From the NCBI GenBank assembly GCA_043750125.1, contig JAYVCD010000059.1, positions 1 to 30,675 of the forward strand: a stretch of DNA of 30,675 nucleotides, read 5' to 3'. The notes under the pieces were generated by a model. It ran no database searches. It saw nothing but the letters and a program-made list of their open reading frames with translations, and was not told where the DNA came from. The position numbers and the translations under genes were made by a program. Numbering within the stretch: position 1 is the first letter of the stretch; each line of letters opens with the position of its first letter. This DNA is from Archangiaceae bacterium. Lineage in GTDB: Bacteria > Myxococcota > Myxococcia > Myxococcales > Myxococcaceae. This document shows positions 11,318-19,785 of the stretch, piece by piece.

Positions 11318-12582
11318 AGCTCCTGGGCTGGGGTTTGCTGGCGCTGATCGCGTGTACGCCTCCGCCCGAGCCGTGTTTGCGCGGCACTGGCGTCGGGGGC
11401 GACTTCGATGCCGGTGCGCCCGCGCCGCCGCTGGGAGTGGCCGGAAAGCCTTTCGCGCTCGCGCTGATGCAGCCGCCGTTCACCCGCTGCCCCCCGAAGC
11501 TGATCGAAGTGTTCACCGAGGTGCTCGACCCTCTCAATCGCGAAGTCGTTCACAGCCACGTCGAGTCGGTGGGCGAGTTTCAGCTCACGCTGACGACGAT
11601 TGCTTTCACCCCCAGCATCCCCGGCGGCTACCACGTGAGCGCCCGGTTCGAGCCTTCGATTGGAACGACCCAGATCGATCTTCAAATCGCGGTGGACCGG
11701 TCGGATGCCGGCTCGAAAATCTTCGCGCTCGGGGCTCAATGCAGCGCGCTCGAGGTGCTGCCGTCCGGGCGGGTGCTGTGCCTGACTTCAGCCGACGTAA
11801 AGCTGCGCGTCTACCGCGATGACGTTCTGTTGCAGGTTCTCGACGCGGACGACTTCGCGACCGCGGGCAACGTGGTGTGGACGAACTTCAAAGGCATCCT
11901 CGAGCGCCGCGTCGACCTCGGAGGAGCGATGCCCCTGGGCGGGCAGATGTCCTTTGATCCCAAATTCGCAATCCCCAACAGTCTGGTTGGAACGCTGGTC
12001 GGGCTCGAGAACACCGCGGCGCTGATGACACTGGATCAAACGGTCATGATTGAAGTCGACGCCGGGACGCTGAGCGAAGTCGACCGGCTGTCCTTCGGAA
12101 CCTCCTCGACCGGGTCCGTGGTTCACGCCCGCGAAGATCTCAGTGCGCTGCTCTGGTCCAGTGGCCCAAGGAACCAGATTGCGGCGATCTCTCACCTCTG
12201 CTCGACCCCGCTGCCCAACGTCTTGAAGACGCCCGTTTGCAAGGCCATCGCCGTGGGAGTCGTCGGGCTCGGGGCAGACTGGACGGGCCTCTGGTCCCGA
12301 AACGTGCGGGGACTGCAGCACGACCGGTTGGCAACTGACGCGGGAATCCAAACGACGGCGATAATCTCGGTGGGGTTCCCGTCCCCGGCGTCCTCGACGC
12401 GACACTTCCCCAACACGCCGGTGTTCAGCTCCGGCAATCGCGGAATCGTGCCCCACTTCGAAAACGGCACAATCTCGCTCGAGGCTTTCATCGCCGAGCC
12501 CGGCTTCGTCTTCATGCCCAGCTCGTCCACCACGGTTCGCGCGCAGCACCCCGACGGCCGACAACAGCTGATCACCCGCTGA
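11314..12582 (+). CDS. Hypothetical beta-rich lipoprotein
   Basis: TTG 11314 overlaps the upstream TGA. MKLLGWGLLALIAC lipobox; Ig-like segment FTPSIPGGYHVSARFEP. Confidence 0.78.
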   Translation: MKLLGWGLLALIACTPPPEPCLRGTGVGGDFDAGAPAPPLGVAGKPFALALMQPPFTRCPPKLIEVFTEVLDPLNREVVHSHVESVGEFQLTLTTIAFTPSIPGGYHVSARFEPSIGTTQIDLQIAVDRSDAGSKIFALGAQCSALEVLPSGRVLCLTSADVKLRVYRDDVLLQVLDADDFATAGNVVWTNFKGILERRVDLGGAMPLGGQMSFDPKFAIPNSLVGTLVGLENTAALMTLDQTVMIEVDAGTLSEVDRLSFGTSSTGSVVHAREDLSALLWSSGPRNQIAAISHLCSTPLPNVLKTPVCKAIAVGVVGLGADWTGLWSRNVRGLQHDRLATDAGIQTTAIISVGFPSPASSTRHFPNTPVFSSGNRGIVPHFENGTISLEAFIAEPGFVFMPSSSTTVRAQHPDGRQQLITR

Positions 12583-12640
12583 AGGCGCCGCGGATCTAAC
12601 CGTCGCGCTGGAGCGAGGCAGGCCTTATGTTCCGCGGCCG

Positions 12641-13234
12641 ATGAACTGGCTCCCCGTGCTGCTCAAGTCCGCCACCTCGCGTGGATCCGGCATTCACCCC
12701 GACACCTGGCGCGGGGTGGCGGGCCGCTCGCCTCTTCCGGTCTCAGCCGAAGTCCGCGCGCTCTACGAGCTGACCGACGGCGCGCGCTTCTCGGGCGAAG
12801 TCACGCTCTGGACCTGGAAGGAAGTCGAAGAGCGCACTTCGAAGGGCCTGGGCACGTTGAAGCCCAGCGACGTTTGGCTGCTGGGCACCAAGCGCGAAAC
12901 GGGAATCTTTTTCGTCTCGCGCTCTCGGCCCCTGCTGCGCGCCCTGCCCGCGGCGGCCCGCACCAACTGGCTGCGCTCGGTCGAGGCCGACGACTTCGTC
13001 TACGGCTTGTGGCGCGCGGTCGATGACGTCTTCGTCGTGCGCTCGCTGCAGGAGCTGCTCTCGATGAGCATCGCGCGGCCGGGTGAAGACTTTGGCGAGG
13101 TCACCTACGTGCGCGCGATGCACGCGGTGAAGAGCGCGCTGGCAGATCTCGCGCCCACCAAGGCCAAATCTTCCCGTCCCACCCGTCCCACCCGTCCCAC
13201 CCGGCCCGCCCGGCCCGCCCCGAAGAAGCGCTGA
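12641..13234 (+). CDS. Hypothetical protein, weak SMI1/KNR4-like N-terminus
   Basis: LPVSAEVRALYELTDGARF..EVTLWTWKEV; GC-rich third positions; 2 bp upstream of pyrC. Confidence 0.6.
   Translation: MNWLPVLLKSATSRGSGIHPDTWRGVAGRSPLPVSAEVRALYELTDGARFSGEVTLWTWKEVEERTSKGLGTLKPSDVWLLGTKRETGIFFVSRSRPLLRALPAAARTNWLRSVEADDFVYGLWRAVDDVFVVRSLQELLSMSIARPGEDFGEVTYVRAMHAVKSALADLAPTKAKSSRPTRPTRPTRPARPAPKKR
13173..13217 (+). repeat. 9-bp tandem repeat x5 encoding an RPT/RPA tail
   Basis: (CCCGTCCCA)3(CCCGGCCCG)2. Confidence 0.9.
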
Positions 13235-13236
13235 TC

Positions 13237-14556
13237 ATGGAACCGTTCGACCTCCTCATTCACGCAGGCACCTGCGTCACGCCTTCCGGAATCGTGCGCG
13301 CCGACCTGGCGATCAAAGGCGGGCGCATCGCCGACATGGGCGCACTGCACGGTCAGCCGGCGCTCGAGCACTTCGATGCCAGCGGGCTTCACCTCTTGCC
13401 CGGGGTGATCGACTCGCAAGTCCATTTCCGCGAGCCGGGGCTGACCCACAAAGAAGACATCGGCAGCGGCAGCGCCTGCGCCGCGCTCGGCGGAGTCACC
13501 TGCTTCTTCGAGATGCCCAACACCACCCCCAGCACCGATTCGGCCGAGCGGCTGGCGTGGAAGGTCGCGCGCGCCAGGGAAACCAGCTGGGTCGACTTCG
13601 CCTTTTATGTCGGAGCGACGCGCGAGAACGCCGACACCCTGGGCGAGCTCGAGTGGCTCGAGGGCTGCGCGGGGGTGAAGACCTTCCTCGGCAGCTCGAC
13701 CGGAAACCTGTTGGTCGATGACGAGCCGACGTTGCTGCAGGTGCTGCAAAGCGGGCGGCGGAGGGGAGCGTTTCACAGTGAAGACGAAGCGCGGCTGCAG
13801 CAGCGCCGCCCGTTGGCCGAGGGAAAGTCGGTTCACTTTCATCCCCAGTGGCGCGACGAAGAAGTGGCGGTGAGCTCGACCCGCCGGCTGCTCGCTTTGG
13901 CCCGTCAGTGCAATCGCAAGGTCCACGTGCTCCACGTCACAACCGCCGGAGAGCTGCCGCTGCTGCAGGCTGCGCGCGAGCTGGCGACGTTCGAAGTCAA
14001 CCCGCAGCACCTGACCTTCAGTGCTCCGGAAATTTATGATCGGCTGGGGACGCTGGCGCAGATGAACCCTCCGATTCGAGACGCGCGGCACCAGGCGGCG
14101 CTGTGGCACGCGGTACAGTCGGGCCTGGCCGATGTGCTGGGCAGCGACCACGCGCCGCACATGCTCGAAGAAAAAGCGAAGGCCTACCCCTCGAGCCCTT
14201 CGGGGATGCCAGGGGTGCAGACCTTGCTGCCGGTGATGTTGGGACACGTCGCGGAAGGTCGGTTGAGCCTCGAGCGCTTGGTGGATCTGACCGCCCACGG
14301 CCCGGCGCGAATCTTCGGTCTGGCGCGCAAGGGCCGCCTCGTCCCCGGCAATGACGCCGACGTGACGGTGGTGGATTTGAAGGCCCGGCGCACCATCACC
14401 AACGCCTGGAGCAAGAGCCGCTGCGGGTGGACGCCCTTTGATGGCCACCCGGTGACGGGTTGGCCAATGGCGACGATCGTCCGGGGGCGGGTGGTGATGC
14501 GCGACGGCGCCCTGGTGGGAAGCCCCCAGGGCGAGCCGGCGACTTTTCTGCCCTGA
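13237..14556 (+). CDS. pyrC: Dihydroorotase (long type, amidohydrolase superfamily)
   Basis: PGVIDSQVHFREPG, EMPNT, HSED, HVLHVTT, MNPPIR, GSDHAPH, SGMPG, GWTPFDG. Confidence 0.88.
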   Translation: MEPFDLLIHAGTCVTPSGIVRADLAIKGGRIADMGALHGQPALEHFDASGLHLLPGVIDSQVHFREPGLTHKEDIGSGSACAALGGVTCFFEMPNTTPSTDSAERLAWKVARARETSWVDFAFYVGATRENADTLGELEWLEGCAGVKTFLGSSTGNLLVDDEPTLLQVLQSGRRRGAFHSEDEARLQQRRPLAEGKSVHFHPQWRDEEVAVSSTRRLLALARQCNRKVHVLHVTTAGELPLLQAARELATFEVNPQHLTFSAPEIYDRLGTLAQMNPPIRDARHQAALWHAVQSGLADVLGSDHAPHMLEEKAKAYPSSPSGMPGVQTLLPVMLGHVAEGRLSLERLVDLTAHGPARIFGLARKGRLVPGNDADVTVVDLKARRTITNAWSKSRCGWTPFDGHPVTGWPMATIVRGRVVMRDGALVGSPQGEPATFLP

Positions 14557-15147
14557 CTACATCCGGCGGTTGGACGGGGTCGCCGCCGGAAACGGGGCCG
14601 ACGAGCGCGGACGGGGCGCCGACGCCTTCGGAACGCTCGCTTCCCCGGTCGAGCCGATGTCCGAGACGTTGTGGATTTCGTACACCTCCTTCGCGCGGTC
14701 GACTTCCTTCGAGTCCTCGGTGTGGACCGAGACGAGGATGTTGCCGTCCTTGATCTTCCCTTCGTAGGCCTTGGCTTCGATCTCGGGGATGCCCATTCCG
14801 ATCAGCGCTCCGGCCAGCCCGCCCGCCGCCGCACCGACCGCCGCGCCACTGAGCGCCGCGAGCAGCGGACCCGCCGCAATCAACGGACCAAAGCCGGGAA
14901 TCGCCAGCGCGCCAATGCCCGCCAACAGGCCGAGGGTTCCGCCCGCGACTCCGCCTGCTCCCGCGCCGGTCACCGCCCCTTCAGGGGCCTTGGTGTTCTT
15001 CTCGTGCGCGAAATCCCGCGTGCCTTCCTTGTCCGGGAACAACACCGAAATGTCGTTGGAGGTGAAGCCGACCTGCTTCAGGCTGCGCACCAAGCTCTCT
15101 GCTTCGTCATGGGTCCGAACGATTCCGAAAACGGCTTTCTTGGACAT
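14557..15147 (-). CDS. General stress-type membrane protein with glycine zipper (YflT/DUF3341-like)
   Basis: GFTSNDISVL...TKAPEGAVTG...LAIPGFGPLIAAGP...GMGIPEIEAKAYE; AAGGAG ribosome site upstream. Confidence 0.85.
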   Translation of the reverse strand: MSKKAVFGIVRTHDEAESLVRSLKQVGFTSNDISVLFPDKEGTRDFAHEKNTKAPEGAVTGAGAGGVAGGTLGLLAGIGALAIPGFGPLIAAGPLLAALSGAAVGAAAGGLAGALIGMGIPEIEAKAYEGKIKDGNILVSVHTEDSKEVDRAKEVYEIHNVSDIGSTGEASVPKASAPRPRSSAPFPAATPSNRRM

Positions 15148-15306
15148 GATGGTTCTCCTTGGGTGGGTAGTGCAGGATCATCGAGGGAGCATTTGTGGGG
15201 CCAACGCGCGCCGAAGGGAATCACGGCGGTTGGGCTTCATTTGCTGGGGCGATCATCCACTCCAAGGGACAAAACGCGACCGGCGGCCTATGTACGGCGC
15301 CTGCCG

Positions 15307-15894
15307 ATGCACGTTCCGCCGCCCGCCCCAGTGCCTGTCCTGCTCGCGCACAAGCCGACGCGCCGGACGCTGCTGAAAATTGCGGGTCTGGGCGGGCTGG
15401 CGATCGCCGGTGGGGCGTGGGCCTGGAAGACCGCGGGGCTGTTTGGACCCCCTGCGGCGGGGCGAATGGTTTTCGACGCAGACGAATTTCGGACTCTGGA
15501 AAAAGCCTGTGAGGCAGTTTTCCCCGGGCCCCCCGACTGGCCATTTTCGGCGGACCAGGTGCAGACCGCGGGGTTCGTCGACACCTACGTCGGCAACCTC
15601 TACGAAGATCACCACCTGCTGTTCCGCGTCTTGCTGCGCACGCTCAACGCCTCGACGCTGTTGAGCTACGGCCACAGCTTCTACTGGCTGGCTCTGCCCC
15701 AACGGCAGGCGGTGCTGCAGCAGTGGCGAACCAGCGACCTCCGGGTGCGCCGGCTGGGGTATCAGTCGCTGACTTTTGCGATCAAGCTCGGCTACTTCGA
15801 GGACGATCGCGTTCGCGCCGCCGCCGGGTTCACGCTGGGGTGCGACGTTCCCCAGCAAGGCCGACCCAAAGGCCTGGGCACCGGGTTGAGCTGA
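15307..15894 (+). CDS. Tat-signal gluconate 2-dehydrogenase subunit 3-like protein
   Basis: TRRTLLK twin-arginine motif; CEAVFP, FVDTYV, F..L...QRQAVLQQW, LGYF; stop overlaps the GMC start (TGATG). Confidence 0.8.
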   Translation: MHVPPPAPVPVLLAHKPTRRTLLKIAGLGGLAIAGGAWAWKTAGLFGPPAAGRMVFDADEFRTLEKACEAVFPGPPDWPFSADQVQTAGFVDTYVGNLYEDHHLLFRVLLRTLNASTLLSYGHSFYWLALPQRQAVLQQWRTSDLRVRRLGYQSLTFAIKLGYFEDDRVRAAAGFTLGCDVPQQGRPKGLGTGLS

Positions 15895-17402
15895 TGGAGT
15901 TCCCGGCCGGCCAGACGCTGCGCTGTGACGCGTTCGAGCGGGACGAGTCGGTCGAGTGCGACGTGGCGGTGATCGGCTCGGGGGCCGGCGGCGCCGCGGC
16001 GGCGTGGGTCCTCTCGCAGGCGGGCCTGAAGGTGTTGATCATCGAAGAGGGCCGCAAGTGGGAACCCGAGCAGCTGTCGACCAAGCAGTCCTGGGCCCTG
16101 CGCAACCTCTACGGCGAGCGGGCCACCAGCGTCGCGCGCGGAAACGTCTACATGCCGATGCCCCGCGGCCGGGCGGTCGGCGGCTCGACGCTGCTCAATT
16201 CGGCGATCTGCTTTCGAACCCCCGCTCCGATCTTGAAGAAGTGGCAGGACGAGTTTGGAATTCCGTGGGCCGACCTCGGCCACTACGACCCGGTGTTCGC
16301 AGAAGTCGAGGCGGCGATTGGAGTGGCCAAGACCCAGGCCTTCAACGCCCGCGCCCACAACCTCATCTTCAAAGCCGGAGTCGACGCGCTGAAGCTCGAG
16401 GGCGACTTCATCAGCCGCAACGCTCCCGGGTGCATCGGGTGCGGGCTGTGTTCGCTCGGCTGCCCGGTGGGAGGCAAGGGCAGCGTGGATCGAAACCTGA
16501 TCCCCGTTTCGCTGGCTCACGGGGCGGCGTTGTTCACCTGCGCGCTCGCCACCCGGATTCTCGTCGAGGGGGGGATCGCGACCGGGGTCGAAGTGTACGC
16601 GGTCGATCCGATGACCGAGCAGACCCAGCGCCGGATCCAGGTGAAGGCGAAGAAGGTCTTCCTCTGCGCCGGCGCGGTCGGCTCTCCGATGTTGCTGCTG
16701 CGAAACGGGCTGGCAAATTCCAGCGGCCAGGTGGGCAACAACCTTCGCGTCCATACCGGAGGCGGGGCGTGCGCGCGCTTCGAGCAGATCATCGACCTGT
16801 GGAAGGGCGTGACTCAGGGGTACTACGCCCAGCTGCCCGGTGAGAGCGCGGTGCTCGAGACCTTCAGCGCCACGCCGGAAATTTATGCGGTGCAGTACGA
16901 AGAGTATTCGCAGCCGATCAGCCGCTTGCGAAACCTGGCCTCGTGCGGCTGCATGATCGGCGACATCTCGTCCGGCACGGTGCGACCCGGCTCGAGCCCC
17001 AATCGCAGCTCGATGGCCTACGACGTGCTCGAGGAGGACGTGCGGGTTCACAAGAAAGGGCTGCTGCAGATCGCCAAAATCTATTTCGCCGCCGGCGCAA
17101 TCGAGGTCCACCCCGGCGTCATCGGCGCGGGTCCGTTCACCGATTACGCCAGGCTCGAGAAGTTCCTCACCGCCGCGCCGATGGACCGGATGAGCATCTA
17201 CGCCTCGCACCCGATGGGCACCTGCCGGATGTCGAGCGACAAGAAGCAGGGCGTGGTCCAGACGACGGGTGAGAGCTGGGACATCGAAGGCCTGTACGTC
17301 TCGGACGCCTCGGTCTTCCCCACCTCGCTCGGGGTGAACCCGCAAATCACGGTGATGTCGACCAGCGTGCAGATTGCCCGGCAGGCGCTGCAGAAGGGTT
17401 GA
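15894..17402 (+). CDS. GMC family FAD oxidoreductase
   Basis: VIGSGAGG, GRAVGGST..N, CIGCGLCSLGC, AGAVGSP.LL, SHPMGTCRM, DASVFPTSLGVNPQIT. True start is ATG 15894. Confidence 0.95.
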   Translation: MEFPAGQTLRCDAFERDESVECDVAVIGSGAGGAAAAWVLSQAGLKVLIIEEGRKWEPEQLSTKQSWALRNLYGERATSVARGNVYMPMPRGRAVGGSTLLNSAICFRTPAPILKKWQDEFGIPWADLGHYDPVFAEVEAAIGVAKTQAFNARAHNLIFKAGVDALKLEGDFISRNAPGCIGCGLCSLGCPVGGKGSVDRNLIPVSLAHGAALFTCALATRILVEGGIATGVEVYAVDPMTEQTQRRIQVKAKKVFLCAGAVGSPMLLLRNGLANSSGQVGNNLRVHTGGGACARFEQIIDLWKGVTQGYYAQLPGESAVLETFSATPEIYAVQYEEYSQPISRLRNLASCGCMIGDISSGTVRPGSSPNRSSMAYDVLEEDVRVHKKGLLQIAKIYFAAGAIEVHPGVIGAGPFTDYARLEKFLTAAPMDRMSIYASHPMGTCRMSSDKKQGVVQTTGESWDIEGLYVSDASVFPTSLGVNPQITVMSTSVQIARQALQKG

Positions 17403-17531
17403 AGCGTCCTGGCGGTCCGTGCGGTGCGGCGTTGTTCCGGCGCACTCCAGACCGGACATGATGAGAGTTCGGCCGTCGCTTCATGTTGAGAACAGTTGAG
17501 GCCAGCGAAGGTCTCGAGTCTTCGATGTTTT

Positions 17532-17785
17532 GCATTGCGGGCATTGGCGGAAACAGGGTCATTCGGAACCCTGGGCCCAATTGCGTGGCCCGAATGCGGA
17601 GAAACGTTGATATGGGGTAAAATACCACCTCGAATCCTCGAATCCGGTGCCATATTACCCCGATAACTCATTTCAGTGACAAAAGTGGCCCATGAGAGCC
17701 ATTTTTACGTCGGGGGGGGCGATCAGGGGCCTGCCGAATGTGCTTCTAATTTGGATGACCCTTTTCCCGCCAATGCCCGCACTGC
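17532..17785. mobile_element. MITE-like non-coding element bounded by 33-bp imperfect inverted repeats
   Basis: 17532-17564 versus the reverse complement of 17753-17785 match 29/33. AT-richer interior with inner hairpins. No transposase and no clear target duplication. Confidence 0.55.
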
Positions 17786-17841
17786 GAACCCGCGAAGACC
17801 GCAGGCGGCCTCTCAGACTCGCTCGTCCGTCCTGAACCGAG

Positions 17842-17869
17842 TCGGGCTCCAGTGGGGACTGAAGCCCGA
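17842..17869. repeat. REP-like hairpin
   Basis: TCGGGCT-C-CAGT-GGGG-ACTG-A-AGCCCGA: 12-position stem with one mismatch (G.U on the minus strand). Confidence 0.5.
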
Positions 17870-18064
17870 GCACGATCCCGGAGCTCCCATCGAAGAATCG
17901 AGCGACGGTCGCCTGATCCGAGTTGCGGCGCGGACACTGGGCAGCGGTGGGCGGATGAAGACGACACGGGCGGATGAAGACGAGACGGGCAGTCTGGGGA
18001 ACCGAGGCAGAAGGGTGAGCCAGTGGCTGGCCAATGAGGAACTGCGCTAGGACCTCGCGTCCCG

Positions 18065-18793
18065 ATGCGTGTTTCCCTCCTCCTGTCCTTGCTCCTCGCC
18101 GGCTGCAGCGTTCGGCCGTCCGAGGCGCCGACGAGCCCGAAAGTCACCGTCGGCACCGCGACGGTCAGCGGGCGGGTACTCGACCTGTCGAATCTTCCCG
18201 TCCCGCAGATGCGCGTCACCTGCCCCGAGAGCGACGCGTCGATGGTGACCGGGGACGATGGCCGGTGGACGCTGGAAGTCCCCGCCGACACGTCGATCAC
18301 CTTGCGCGCGGTGGCGGTCGACCCGTTGAACGTCTTCAAGGACGTGACCTTCGGCCCGCTGCAGCTGTCCAACCGCGCCCGGCTCGAGGACGTAGAGCTG
18401 CTCAGCGTTCCCGGCTCGACCATCGGCGGGCTCAACGCCATCGCCGGCGGTGATGAAGCCCGCGGGGTGCTGGCAGTGCGAGTGGTCTCGGTGAATGGAA
18501 AATGCACTCCCGATGACGGGACCATCGAGCTGGTCCAGACGAGCACCGCGCGGGCCGTCTACAACCTGCCCAATTCCAGCCAGCCCGAACGAAACCTGCT
18601 CAAGATGCAGCCGAACACCCGCCCCCAGGCGTGGCTGTCGGGAATCGCTCCGGGCACCTACCAAACGGTGAGGTTCACCAAGCCCGGCTGCCGGCAGCTT
18701 CCCTACCCGGTCGCCTACCGACAGGTCAGCTGGCTGGGCGGCTTCCGACTTCAGGCCAAGGCGCTGAGCCAGATTACCGTCTTCATCGACTGA
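18065..18793 (+). CDS. Lipoprotein with carboxypeptidase regulatory-like (prealbumin-fold) domain
   Basis: Lipobox LAGC; TVSGRVLD...VPQMRV...TGDDGRWTLEVP. Confidence 0.8.
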   Translation: MRVSLLLSLLLAGCSVRPSEAPTSPKVTVGTATVSGRVLDLSNLPVPQMRVTCPESDASMVTGDDGRWTLEVPADTSITLRAVAVDPLNVFKDVTFGPLQLSNRARLEDVELLSVPGSTIGGLNAIAGGDEARGVLAVRVVSVNGKCTPDDGTIELVQTSTARAVYNLPNSSQPERNLLKMQPNTRPQAWLSGIAPGTYQTVRFTKPGCRQLPYPVAYRQVSWLGGFRLQAKALSQITVFID

Positions 18794-18797
18794 CCCG

Positions 18798-19766
18798 ATG
18801 CGCGCGCTCATCCTCAGCTCGGTGTTGCTGCTCACCGCCTGCGTCGGCGGCGCGAACACCGACCGCGACTTCGCCGAAAATGTCGCCGTGGGACTGACGA
18901 GCGCGTGTCCTTCCGCGCCGGCCGACGACGAGCAGGCCCGCGACCTCTGTGCGGCGGCGCTGACCGACTTCGGCTTGCTGCGCGACTCGATGGCGAGCCC
19001 GTTCCGGTGGGGCGGGCAGCAGCAGCAAGACGGCGGAGTCGAAGACGGCTGGGACCTCGAGGCCCACGTCACCCGGTTTGATCCCCGCGTCTGGCGCAGG
19101 CTCTACCTGTCGCTCTACAGCTTTTCGTCCGAGCACCGGGTCGAGGTCCTCTCCGATGGAAGGACGCTGCTCCACCTCAAACCCCATTTCCGAAACAAGC
19201 TCGACATGGGCGCCTACCCGTACCCGTTCTGGCACCGCATCTCGAAGTGGGAGTCGTACCAGCTGGCCGAAGAGCTGGTCTTCATCATCAAGGACAAAAA
19301 GATTCTCGGCGCCTCGCGCAGCTTCGCGTCCCGCACCGACCGCTCGGACTTCGTCACCCATGAGTGGGGCGGACAGTGGGAATGGCGCACCGGCGGCGAG
19401 CTGATGCCCTTCGCGGCGCTCTACACATACTTTTTCTCGAAAGAGAATCCGTACGTCGTTCCGCTCGAGGCCGCCTACCGGGCCTCGGAATTCAAGCTGC
19501 GCCAGCAGAACTGCCTGGTCTGTCACAGCCCGGACAACGGCTCAGCGATGGCCCAGCTCGAGCTGTTCAGCTACCCCAACCAGGCACTCGGGGCGCGACA
19601 TCGCATCGTCGAGCAGCTCGAGAAAAATTTGATGCCCACTCAGGATCCCGCCCGCGGCTACGCCCAGGGAATGTCCGACGAGGCCGACCGGCTCGAGCTG
19701 CTCGAGCTCGCCCGGCGCTTCGCCGCGTTGGGCGACCAGGCGATGCAGTGGGAAGGCGAGCGCTAA
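18798..19766 (+). CDS. Lipoprotein with single CxxCH motif (putative c-type cytochrome)
   Basis: Lipobox LTAC; CLVCH at 19512-19526; downstream NLMP candidate distal Met. Confidence 0.75.
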   Translation: MRALILSSVLLLTACVGGANTDRDFAENVAVGLTSACPSAPADDEQARDLCAAALTDFGLLRDSMASPFRWGGQQQQDGGVEDGWDLEAHVTRFDPRVWRRLYLSLYSFSSEHRVEVLSDGRTLLHLKPHFRNKLDMGAYPYPFWHRISKWESYQLAEELVFIIKDKKILGASRSFASRTDRSDFVTHEWGGQWEWRTGGELMPFAALYTYFFSKENPYVVPLEAAYRASEFKLRQQNCLVCHSPDNGSAMAQLELFSYPNQALGARHRIVEQLEKNLMPTQDPARGYAQGMSDEADRLELLELARRFAALGDQAMQWEGER

Positions 19767-19785
19767 AGCGCCTTGGCGAGGATCT

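Noticed and set aside
12593..12640. attC-like start (ATCTAAC...GCTGGAGCG) after a gene end
   Set aside because: No complementary GTTRRRY end, spacing is off, and there is no integrase.
15792..17459. Long antisense ORFs here and at 5575-7104, 13105-14448, 24801-26600 and 27477-29231
   Set aside because: Expected mirror frames of high-GC genes.
17532..17785. Retron msr-msd interpretation of the nested repeats
   Set aside because: No reverse transcriptase in the window.
17676..18050. 124-aa ORF in the intergenic gap
   Set aside because: No motifs, atypical codon use, and it crosses the inverted-repeat arm.
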